A stretch of DNA of 64,000 bases from Octopus sinensis (GCF_006345805.1 NC_043007.1:16678001-16742000), one strand, 5' to 3'; shown: positions 49,210 to 60,006, counted from the stretch's first letter. Notes: a model not told the origin generated them from the letters alone. Translations and numbers: made by a program.

Positions 49210-50485
49210 TATTGAGTTGGCAAGAAAGTAATTTCATTTTTCACAAATAATGCTAGGATTTTTTTGAATGACTTTTGTCAATGTTATGATTTTTGTCTTT
49301 TGACATTTGACAGCCATTACTTTTAGCTTACTTTAGAAGCAAACTATGCATAATTTTGTTTACAGCTGTTAGTTCAGTGTCAATTTTAACATGGAGTGCA
49401 AAAACGAACATTTTCGACATATTTTACTTTTATATTTCCATAAAGGCAAGAAAGCTGCTGAGTTTCACAAAGAGATATGAGAAGTTTATGGCCTTGATTG
49501 CTTAACAGAACGCACATGTCAGAAATGATTTTAAAAATTTCATTCTGGAAATTTTTCACTCAAAGACGACCAACATTTTGATTGAATCCACTTAAGATGA
49601 TGATGACTGAGTCAAATCCATAATTGAATCTGATTGTCATAGAACTGTGTGAGAGATTGCAGAGAAGTTAAATGTATCACACACAACAATTGAAAATCAC
49701 TTAAAATGTCTTGGACTTGTTAAGAAGCTCAAAATTTGGGTTCCACATAAATTGAAAGAGATTCACTTAACACAACGAATCAATATTTGCGATATGCATC
49801 TCAAAAGCAATGAAATCTACCTTTTTTTTAAAACAAATTATCACTGGTGATGAGAAGTGGATTGTCTACCATAACATCATTAAAAAACGATCATGTTCCA
49901 GCACAGACCACACCGAAAGCTGAATTGCATCAAAAAAGGTCATGCTGTCAATTTGGTGGGATTACAAAGATGTTGGGTATTTTGAGCTGCTTCCAAGGAA
50001 CCAAACGATCAATTCAGATGTTTACTTTCAAGAACTAATGAAACTGGATGAAGCAATCAAAGAAAAACATCCAGAATTGATAAACCGTAAAGGAATTGTG
50101 TTCCACCATGACAACACTAGACTATACGTCTTTGCTAACTCGTGAAAAGTTATTGGAGCTTGGTTGGGAAGTGATGTCACATCCACCATATAGCCCTGAC
50201 CTTGCACCTTCAGATTACCATTTATTTTGAAGTTTGCGAAATTCTTTGAATGGTAAAACTTTCAATAATGATGATAACCTAAAATCACACTTGCTTCAGT
50301 TTTTGGCTGATAAGGACCAGAAGTTCTATGAGTGCAGAATCATGAAGTTGTCAGAAAGAGGGCAAAAGGTCATCGAACAAAATGGAAAATAGATAATTGA
50401 TTACAGTTCATTATTTGTATGAAAAAAAAGATGACTTTTATTTCAAACAACTAAAAAACCGAAATTACTTTGCCAAACCAATGTA
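49210..50485 (+). mobile_element. Full-length decayed mariner transposon (Hsmar1-like TIRs)
   Basis: TIRs TAttgagttggcaagaaagtaatttc...gaaattactttgccaaaccaatgTA. Transposase remnants MECKNEHFRHIL, IITGDEKW, VFHHDN, HPPYSPDLAPSDYHLF, with stops and frameshifts. Confidence 0.93.
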
Positions 50486-50519
50486 ACAATATAGATTGTT
50501 AATTTTTGGGTTGTTTGTT

Positions 50520-50554
<35 letters not shown>

Positions 50555-50847
50555 CTGTATGTCTTTCAACATAATGCAACACAAACTTTAAAAAAAGAAT
50601 TTCACTATGACAGATTGTCATTGTTGAAAGAGAAATTCAGTGTGTGAGTGTGTGAGAGAGAGAGAAAGTGTGTGAGAGAGAAAGAGAAAGAGAGTGTGTG
50701 TGTGTGTATGTTCATGTGTATGTGTGTGTGTGTGTGTGCGCGTGCATGTGTGTGTGCACATGCATGTGTGTGTGTGTGAAAGAGAATTAAAATTTGTTTC
50801 AAGAAAAAACCAGGTTGTTGTCGTGAGAGAAATATAGTGAGAGAGTG

Positions 50848-50880
<33 letters not shown>

Positions 50881-51269
50881 AGGAGAGAGAGAGAGAGAGA
50901 GAGAGAGTATGTGTGTGAAAGATGAATAGGTAGACTGTTGTCACCATAGTAACTAATGAGACTTTCACCATATAACAGCCTGTAACAATTAAAAGAATGT
51001 ATGTGCACAATTAACAAATACTTTTACTGGCAGCAATAGTGACAGATAGAGACCTGCTTTGAAAATTCAACATGTTGGTTCTTCAATTTTGTTTAACCAA
51101 GAGGTGATTCTCTCCCCTTTGACGAAAAACTCGCCACCAGAGGCAAAATGTGATTAATCAAAGAGTTAAAGAAAAGACTATTTTACTTTGCACATCTCAC
51201 TAGTGTTTGAATATATTTCACACTATTAACTATTACAACCATTAATATGTAACTCTGTGCTTGAGGAGA

Positions 51270-51563
51270 ACTATTGAGTCAAGTACATCAATATCAAAAT
51301 GAAAATCAAATGGAAATTGTAGTTGTGATACCTGTGCCGGTGGCACGTAAAAAGTACCATCCAAACGTGGCCGATGCCAGCCTCCCCTGGTACCTGTGCC
51401 AGTGGCACGTAAAAAGCACCCACTACACTCAGGGAGTGGTTGGCGTTAGGAAGGGCATCCAGCTGTAGAAACACTGCCAGATCAGACTGGAGCCTGGTGC
51501 AGCTTCCTGGCTTCCCAGACCCCAGTTGAACCGTCCAACCCATGCTAGCATGATGATGATGAT
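51270..51563 (+). mobile_element. RTE-LINE 3'UTR fragment
   Basis: 5' part matches the UTR of 11646-12238; (GAT)n tail. Confidence 0.85.
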
Positions 51564-51768
51564 TACTCTGTCAAATGATGTTTATTTATTCATATTGTGT
51601 TGAATTAGTCATACATTATGTTGTAGCTTCAAGATTTTAATGATGTGATTGTTTACCTAAAAATGCCATTGTAGGGTTGGTGTGAGAGGCCAGATCTGGC
51701 CATTTGGAGTAGAAGACAGGTAGAATATTTGGGCTGGTTATGGTCAGTTTAAATGCTAAAGGGTTTAA
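51561..51768 (-). mobile_element. piggyBac-type MITE, family 2 (one end lost to an RTE insertion)
   Basis: gattactctgtcaaatg...tttaaatgctaaagggtttaa. Confidence 0.75.
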
Positions 51769-51912
51769 AGATATTATGTATGTATCAATGTGTATGAATT
51801 TATTTTTCAATATATGTTTCTCTATACATTCAGATACTGGCCACGCATGTAGAGGTATACATTCCTACATGTAGATAGATAGCGATGCAATGCATAGAAG
51901 CCTCAGTCTGCC

Positions 51913-52317
51913 AAAGTTGACCATGTCAAATTAGATCTTGTCAAAGTTGACCATGTCAAAGTCGACTACGTCAAAGTTGACCACGTCAAAGTTGACAATG
52001 AAAAAGTTGACCATGTCAAAGCTGATCACATCAAAGTTGGCTGTGTGAAAGACAACCACATCAGAGTTGGCCACATCCAAGTTGGTCATGTCAAAGTTGA
52101 CCATGCCAAAGACAATCACATTAAAGCCAGCCACACCACAGTTGACAGTGTCAAAGCTGACAATGTCAAAGTTAACCATGCCAAAGATGACCACATCAAA
52201 ACTGGCCACATTAAAGTTGACCCTGTCAAAGGTGACAATGTCAAATTTGGCCATGTCAATATTGATCATTCAGAAGCTGACCACATCAAAATTGACCATG
52301 TCAAAGTTGACACGGTC
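51913..52317. repeat. Degenerate 15-bp minisatellite, 27 units, no indels (consensus AAAGTTGACCATGTC)
   Basis: 27 x 15 = 405 bp exactly. Plus frame (KVDHV)n is open 51898-52344; minus ORF 52269-51931 reads (VNFDM)n. Confidence 0.95.
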
Positions 52318-53319
52318 ATGACCAACATATATACGTACATCTAACCCCTTGTAATTATCATCCGTACTCCACTGTGTCCACTCTATATTGCCCAAGATCA
52401 CTACCATTCTGTTGTTTTTACCACACTGTTCTGTCTACTCCCACACCACTTCTATTTTCTCTACACCCACACAGCCAGTGAATATCTATATATCTAATCA
52501 ACACCACTAAGAATGACCCTATTCTGGTCATTTAATTGAAGTGATCCCCCCCCCATACACACACACACACAATGTCTCAGTTTCTCACCAAAAACAAAAC
52601 TAATTTAAATGTAATTATCTCAAATGTCAAAAATGTAATTAATTTGTCTCTCACATTTAGAATTAACCTAGTGACATCTCATTCCCCCACCTCAACAACT
52701 ATCACCACCACCCTTATCTCATAACTTTAGTTATATCACTGACTGGACCATCAACACCACACTTGCTGCTGCCACCAGCACCACCACCATCACCACCACT
52801 ACCAGCATACCATCTCCACAACCACCACCACAATGTCATCACCATCACAACCAAAATGATGACAATGACCGCAGGCCACCGCTGCCACTACCAAAACATT
52901 CATCATGATGACGATGATGATAACAATGATGATGATGATGGTGACCACCACTACGATGATGACACCCACCACCACTGTCATTGCCACCAACACCATTCAC
53001 ACAGCACCAGCACTACCACCACAAAGAGAGAGATGACCACTACTGCCTTCTCTTCCTCTTCCTTCTGCTATCCCCACCCCCACCCCTTCTACTAAAACTG
53101 ACACTTGTAAGTTGGAGGAGATGACAAACACAGTTAAGTATTGAACTGAATGCTTATATTGTGTCACTAAAGACTTGAGTCTTTTTGTTCTCTTTTATAT
53201 TTTCCTCTAACTACATGCTTGGTAAATCTCTCCTTTCTGTGGTAAAAAAACCCAAAAAAACAAAAAGAATTGTATTATTGCTAGTAGATATTTCAGATGG
53301 TTAGATGTGGCTATATATA

Positions 53320-53520
53320 TATATAAATTAGAAAAAAACACCTTTTATCAATTCAAAATGAACAATTAAATTACACCAACTTGAAAATTACATATAATAG
53401 AAATATTAAATTTTAATATTTCTATTAACTTTAATATTTCTATTATATGTAATTTTCTAGATGGTGTAATTTAATTGTTCATTTTGAATTGATAAAAGGT
53501 GGTTTTTTCTAATTATATAT
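53320..53520. repeat. AT-rich palindromic element, second copy
   Basis: Arms nearly perfect within this copy but diverged from 43796-43987. Confidence 0.9.
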
Positions 53521-53531
53521 ATATATATAAA

Positions 53532-53720
53532 CGGTGGCACGTTAAAAGCACCAACTGATCGTGGCCGATGCCAGACTCCCCTGGCACCTGTGCCGGTGGC
53601 ACGTAAAAAGCACCCACTACACTCGTGGAGTGGTTGGCATTAGAAAGGGCATCCAGCTGTAGAAACACTGCCAGATCAGACTGGAGCCTGGTGCAGCCTC
53701 CTGGCTTCCCAGACCCCAGT

Positions 53721-53765
<45 letters not shown>

Positions 53766-54095
53766 TGTGTGAAATTTGATTTAGTATTTCTAAATTGAAT
53801 CTTTCCCTGTAAGTTAGGATTAATCATCATCATCATCATTGTTTAACGTCCGTTTTCCGTGCTAGCACGGGTTGGACGGTTCAACTGGGGTCTGGGAAGC
53901 CAGGAGGCTGCACCAGGCTCCAGTCTGATCTGGCAGTGTTTCTACAGCTGGATGCCCTTTCTAATGCCAACCACTCCGCGAGTGTAGTAGGTGCTTTTTA
54001 CGTGCCACCGGCACAGGTGCCAGGGGAGTCTGGCATCGGCCACGATCAGTTGGTGCTTTTAACGTGCCACCGGCACAGAAGCCAGTCAGGCACGG
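53532..54095. mobile_element. Inverted pair of RTE 3'UTR copies (53532-53723 +, 53822-54095 -)
   Basis: 192-bp arms differing at about 2 positions; the + copy lacks the tail. Confidence 0.9.
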
Positions 54096-54115
54096 AAGTT
54101 CCCTCAAATAATTAT

Positions 54116-54146
<31 letters not shown>

Positions 54147-54519
54147 ATGTGTGTATGTATATGATGGGCTTCCACACAGTTTCCGTCCACCAAATTGATT
54201 CACAAGACATTGGTCAGCTCTGAGCTATAGTAGAAGACACTTGCTCAAGGTGCTGCACAGTGGGACTGAACTCAAAATCACATGCCCACAAATTATCTTT
54301 TTAAATTATTATAAATTATTCAAATCAGGCAGCGGTAAAGAATACGCACATCACCTGTTTTTGGTGTAACCGTAACCCTAAACACTGGGTGTGCATATTC
54401 TTTACCTTTGCCTTAAAGTATTATAAATGAGTTTGCTTCCCAACCATATGGTTTCAGGTTCAGTCCCTCTACATGGCAACTAGGGAAGTATTTTGTATAT
54501 GGATGCAGTATACTACATT

Positions 54520-54597
54520 ATCTATCTATCTATCTATCCATCCATCCATCCATCCGTCTGTCTGTCTATATGTCTGCCTGTATATCTGTCTATCTGC

Positions 54598-54655
<58 letters not shown>

Positions 54656-54724
54656 GGCTATCTGTCTGTCTATCTATCTATCTATCTATCTGTCTATCTG
54701 TCTGTCTATCTGTCTATCTGTCTG

Positions 54725-54763
<39 letters not shown>

Positions 54764-54820
54764 GTCTATCTATCTGTCTATCTGTCTGTCTATCTGTCTG
54801 TCTATCTGTCTATCTATCTC
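54520..54820. repeat. (ATCT)n/(GTCT)n microsatellite
   Basis: Seen directly. Confidence 0.95.
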
Positions 54821-54894
54821 ATACACTTTGCTTCTTACAAGCAATTTCAAAAGATATTTTCATGGGAAAACAACCTTCATTAAGAGTGTACATG

Positions 54895-54931
<37 letters not shown>

Positions 54932-55589
54932 ATGCATGCAGGTGTGTGTGTATGTGTGTGTGTGTATGTGTGTGTGTGTATGTGTGTGTGTGTATGTGGA
55001 GTGCTGGTTGTTTTCAAGTAAAATGTTGGTTATTCTCCAATGAATGACATTTCAATAATTCTATTTAAAAAAAAAAAGAAAAACTGGAAATTGTATCATT
55101 AATTGCTTATGTGTCATTGCCATTGGCGACCTCCTCATCTTCCTCCTCTTCGTTCCACCACCACTACCACCACCACTACTACCATCAACACCATCATCAT
55201 CATCACAACCACAACCACAATAACCATTGCTACCACTACTATCACCATCATGACCATCACATGTTAACCACTGCCACCAGCAGCAGCAGCAGCAGCAGCA
55301 GTAGCAACACTGCTACCACCACCTTCACAACTGCTGCCATATCTAGCCCCCTCCCCCTCCCCCTCCCCCACCCCCACCCCCACCACCACCATCATCGTCA
55401 TTGTCACCATCATCTTCATCTTTTATTTCTAAGATGTTAACATCCGTTAAATGGGTGCACTTTAAGGAAGTTGTTGGTGTTTAAATATTACAACAACAAC
55501 AAACACTTCTGCAACAACAATTACAAACAAACAAAAAGCAGGAAGCAATTTTTTTTTTTTCTGTTTTTAAAAAACAAAATCTGTATTTA

Positions 55590-55628
55590 TTAAGAAAATT
55601 GGAAGGTTTCCAATGGTAACGCAACAGA
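55590..55628 (-). CDS. Possible K2P terminal coding exon (SVALPLETFQFS*)
   Basis: Phase-0 acceptor gccatttcAG| with a stop overlapping AATAAA. No homology support, and other acceptors exist nearby. Confidence 0.25.
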   Translation of the reverse strand, partial: SVALPLETFQFS

Positions 55629-56340
55629 CTGAAATGGCATTACAAGAACAACACTACCAGAATTTATCCCTAATCATCATAACAATAACCTTTATTTTTT
55701 TCAATCTGACCCCTTGGCATTGGTAAAGTTTTTGTAAAGGTGAAAGGTATACTTCAATAAATTTGTTCACTGCTTCTATTTTTATGTCACAGGAACAAAA
55801 CAGCAAAAAATGGTGGAGGGACGGCTGGGTCCTCAAGGCAACATCACAAAAGAGGTGAATACAAGAGAAAGTGATGAAGGAGAGAGAATGGTAGCAAGAG
55901 GGTACTTAAGTATTTCAGGAGTCTTAGGACTCATAATGCAAGAACTTAATCCAGTTTCCATGGCATAAAAGTGACAGAGATAACAACCACCCTGGATGGG
56001 ACACCAGTCCATTGCAGAGTTAACTTCCCAGTTATTGCTGGAATTCACTTACAGCTGAGTGGACTGGAGCAAGATAAAATGAAGTATTTGCCTCAAGAAC
56101 AAACACACTGCCTGGTCCAGGAATCAGAACCATGATCTTCGAATCTTATATTAAACTTTTTAATACTTTTTGATAGTTATATATAATAAAAATAAAAAAA
56201 ATTTTAAATTTAAAAATTTATAAATATAAATTAATATATATGTATATACACACACACACATATATATACTGGCCCTGTTACTGGTCTTGTGCGTTTCAAA
56301 TGACTGAAACAAGTAAAAGAGTAAATGGTAAAGATCTTAC

Positions 56341-56510
56341 CTCAAGTCTTTTCACATGTTTCTGTACCTGTTGTCCCTTCTTTGCCAACGTGCTACTGAT
56401 ATAGTTGATAATAAGAGCAATGTAAGCCAAACCAATGACAATCCAAGCATAAGTGACAATTCGGTAAACATTGGTGCTAGCTTCATCATTTTCACTTTTC
56501 TCTCCAATCC
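56341..56510 (-). CDS. K2P channel M4 exon
   Basis: cctttaacAG|(G)IGEKSENDEASTNVYRIVTYAWIVIGLAYIALIINYISSTLAKKGQQVQKHVKRLE|GTAAGA; matches the K2P M4 pattern YxxxxxxWIxxGLA; phase 1/0. Confidence 0.92.
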
Positions 56511-56674
56511 CTGTTAAAGGCAAAAAGCATTAACCCGTTAGCATTTAAACTGGCCATATCAATCCTAAATATTCTGTTTTATGTTCAAACTGACCAAATC
56601 AGGCCTCTCACACCTACCCTGCAATGTCATTCTAGAAATAAATGATCCCATCATCAAAACCTCAAAGCTACATA

Positions 56675-57302
56675 TACCGTAAATCCTCGAGTATAGTCTG
56701 CCCTTGAGTATAACACACAGGGGAATTTTAGGGGGCTGTACCTCTGAAAAACCTAAACCTTGTGTATAATACACACCCCTTCTCTAACTTGAGTCAAGGA
56801 GGTCTTGGACCATTAGCTCCTACATGCATTTTTTTCTCTCCTTGTTTCTTTTCTGTGTATCTTTCTGTCGAAGAGCGTAGGCTCGAAACGTAAAAGACTT
56901 GTTTTATTTCTATTCCTGAGCGCCATACTAATACAATTATTTGTTTGTACTCCACCTGCCTTCATCTTTTGTTTATTTTCGTAAACCTTCCCTCTATATA
57001 ACGTCCTTGGCTTGTAAAAATGTATACGGTAACGTCCTTTATTATTATTGTATATATAACATAATGCAAACAAGTTAAGGATGACTCTTTTATGACTTCA
57101 TTGCTTTCAGGCTTAGCTTAAGGTATTTTCGCGCCTGACATCACAAAATTCGTCTGAATAAACATTGCCGGACAGCAAATAGAGACTCGGACATTGCTTA
57201 GAAGATATTTTTCATTTTTAACCTCGTATATAGTACGCACTAGGGATTTTGACCTTTAAATTTGGCGAAAAAAATGCAGATTATACTCAAGTATTTACGG
57301 TA
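56675..57302 (+). mobile_element. Tc2/pogo-type MITE, second copy with a foreign central segment
   Basis: TA|CCGTAAATCCTCGAG...CTCAAGTATTTACGG|TA. The arms match 30767-31292 but about 56790-57070 does not. Confidence 0.85.
56860..56897 (+). ncRNA. Penelope-type minimal hammerhead-ribozyme-like motif (core variant)
   Basis: TCTTT-CTGTCGAA-GAGC(GTAG)GCTC-GAAAC-GTA-AAAGA: stem I 5 bp, stem II 4 bp, palindromic ACGT stem III, GUA cleavage triplet. The core has U where A6 is canonical. Confidence 0.6.
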
Positions 57303-57513
57303 TTCTTTTCTACTCTAAGCACAAGGCCCAAAATATTGGGGGAGAGGGCCAGTCGATTAGATCAACCCCAGTGCACAACTGGTACTTAATTTATTGACCT
57401 CCGAAAGGATGAAAGGTAAAGTCGACCCCAGTAGAATTTGAACTCAGAACATAAAGACACAAAATACCGCTAAGCATTTTGCCCGGTGTGCTAACGTTTC
57501 TGCCAGTTCGCCG
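57303..57513 (-). mobile_element. SINE family C nested in a piggyBac MITE
   Basis: Reverse copy; 13-bp TSD tcaaagctacata (56662-56674 and 57518-57530). Confidence 0.85.
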
Positions 57514-57674
57514 TCTTTCAAAGCTACATACATTGTATGATTTATTCAAAACAATACGAATAAACAAGCAGAATATTTGACAGAGTAATCTGAATGTTAT
57601 AGGGTTAAACAGATCTTGTTTATAATAATTTATATACTATCTAATACTATAATGACAAGACTAGCATGACTAAC

Positions 57675-58312
57675 AGCGGCCACCACCATTACCACTACCA
57701 CCACCACTACCACCACCACTGCTGCCGCCACTGCCACTACCACTGCCACCACCACCACCACCACCTCCACTACCACCACCACAACCACTGTTGCCACCAC
57801 CACCAAAACCACCACCACCTCCACTACCACCACCACAACCACTGCTGCCACCGCCACCACCACCACCGCTGCCACTGCCACCACCACCACCACTGCTGCC
57901 ACAACCACCACTGCTGCTGCCGCCAACACCACCACCACCACAAACACCGCTGCCACTGCCACCACCACCACCTCCACTACCACCACCACTACCAGTGCTG
58001 CCACTGCCACCACCACCACCACCAGTGCTGCCACAACCACCACTGCTGCTGCTGCCAACACCACCACCACCACAAACACCGCTACCACTGCCACCACCAC
58101 CACCTCCACCACCACAACCACCACTTCCACCTCCACTACCACCACCACAACCACCGCTGCCGCCGCCACCACCACGGCTGCTGCCACCACCACCACTAGC
58201 ACTATCACTGCTGCCACTGCCACTGCTACCACCACCACTGCCACTGTAGCCACAACCGTCGCCACCACTGCCACCACCACTACAGTAATAACAACAACAA
58301 CAACAACAACAA
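57675..58312. repeat. (CCA/CTG)n low-complexity tract then (CAA)n in K2P intron
   Basis: Seen directly; contains an internal duplication of about 115 bp. Confidence 0.95.
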
Positions 58313-58323
58313 CAGGAACTTAC

Positions 58324-58656
58324 CAACAACATAATCCCCAAATCCGATGGTACTAAGAGTGATAAAACAGAAATATATAGCGTCTAAGATCGTCCATTTT
58401 TCCACCGCTCGAAAAATGAGCGCAGGGGCTACAAAGAGTAACGTCAACCCCAGAATAATGATAATGGCCATGTTTGCAGCTTTGTTAATGATTGGTTTAC
58501 GAGAAAAAAGGCTCAAGTTGTTGATTCTGTTGGCAACATCCTTCAGCTTGTCTCCGATATGTCCCAACATGACAAGAGTCAAAGGGATGCCTATCAGAGC
58601 ATATATGATCACCACGATTTTGCCGATATCTGTCACAGGAGCCATCACGCCATAAC
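58324..58656 (-). CDS. Two-pore-domain K+ channel (K2P/KCNK, TREK/TALK-like): end of P1, M2, M3, P2
   Basis: Acceptor tctcttgtAG|, begins (G)YGVMAPVT; contains YALIGIPLTLVML and FCFITLSTIGFGDYVVG; donor G|GTAAGT; 333 nt, phase 1/1. Confidence 0.95.
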
Positions 58657-58759
58657 CTACAAGAGAAAGAAGAAAACAGACGAAATATTAAATTAATTAG
58701 AAAAAAACGGAAAGAAAGGAGAAGAAGAAACAACAAAAATAAATAAAACAAGACATTGT

Positions 58760-59170
58760 CGCAGGAGTGGCTGTGTGGTAAGTAGCTTGCTTACCAACCA
58801 CATGGTTCCGGGTTCAGTCCCACTGCATGGCACCTTGGGCAAGTATCGTCTACTATAGCCTCGGGCCGACCAAAGCCTTGTGAGTGGATTTGGTAGATGG
58901 AAACTGAAAGAAGCCTGTCGGATATGTGTGTGTGTGTGTGTGTGAGTGTGTATGTTTGTGTGTCTGTGTTTGTCGCCCCAACATCGCTTGACAACCGATG
59001 CTGGTGTGTTTACGTCCCCATAACTTAGCAGTTCAGCAAATGAGACCAACAGAACAAGTACTAGGCTTACAAAAAATAAGTCCTGGGGTCGATTTGCTCG
59101 ACTAAAAGTGGTGCTCCAGCATGGCCACAGTCAAATGACTAAAACAAGTAAAAGGGAGTAAAGAGTAAAG
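58760..59170 (+). mobile_element. SINE family A in K2P intron
   Basis: Full copy with (gtaaaaga)n tail. Confidence 0.9.
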
Positions 59171-59211
59171 AGTATTAAAACGATCCTTTCTGCTAAAGGC
59201 ATCCTCCTCCC

Positions 59212-59435
59212 CATCATCATCATCATCATCGTTTAACGTCCCCTTTCCATGCTAGCATGGTTTGGACGATTTGACTGAGGGCTGGCGAACCAGATGGCTG
59301 CACCAGGCTCCAATCTTGATCTGGCATTGTTTCTACAGCTGGATGCCCTTCCTAACGCCAACCACTCTGAGATTGTAGTGGGTGTTTTTTACATGCCACT
59401 TTCACAGAAGCCAGTCCAGTGGCACTGGCATCGAC
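59212..59435 (-). mobile_element. RTE-LINE 3'UTR fragment in K2P intron
   Basis: (CAT)n gtttaacgtcccctttccatgctagc... Confidence 0.85.
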
Positions 59436-59934
59436 CTCGATCAAATATTAAGGCCTGAAATTTGGGGGAGGGGTAAGTCGATTTCATTGACCCCAGTATG
59501 CAAGTGGTACTTAATTTATTGACCCTGAAAGGATGAAAGGCAAAGTCCACCTCGGCGGAATTTGAACTCAGAGCGTAGTGACAGGCAAAAGAGCAATAAG
59601 CATTTTGTCCTGTGTGCTAACAATTCTGCCAGCTTGCTGCCTTAAGACGTTAAAATAATGCAGTGTCCCACTGTGCCACTGTGTGGCACCTTGAGCAAGT
59701 GTCTTCTCTTATAGCCTCAGGCTGACCAAAGCAGGATTTGCTAGATGGAAACTGAAAGAAGCCCTGTTGTACATGTGTGTGTGTGTGTGTGTGCGTGCAG
59801 ATGTGTGTGTCCGTGCTGATGTGTGTGTGTGTGTGTGCATGTGTGTGTATGTATGTATGTGTGCATGTGCGTGTGTGTGTGTGTGTGTGTGCGTGCCTTG
59901 AAGGGTTTAGTCAATAAGACCTGCAGTACTTATC

Positions 59935-59946
59935 TTTTTGAGATTA

Positions 59947-60006
<60 letters not shown>

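Larger units (their letters stand above)
56530..57608 (+). mobile_element. piggyBac-type MITE family 2 carrying nested insertions
   Basis: TTAAcccgttagcatt left half to 56674, right half 57518-57608 ending atgttatagggTTAA; 13-bp direct repeat tcaaagctacata at both breakpoints. Confidence 0.85.

Noticed and set aside
57630-58341. Long His/Cys-rich, Gly-rich, Val-rich and Pro-rich ORFs
   Set aside because: All are frames of one (CCA)n-type tract inside the K2P intron; stop-free by composition, with no supported splice or start context.
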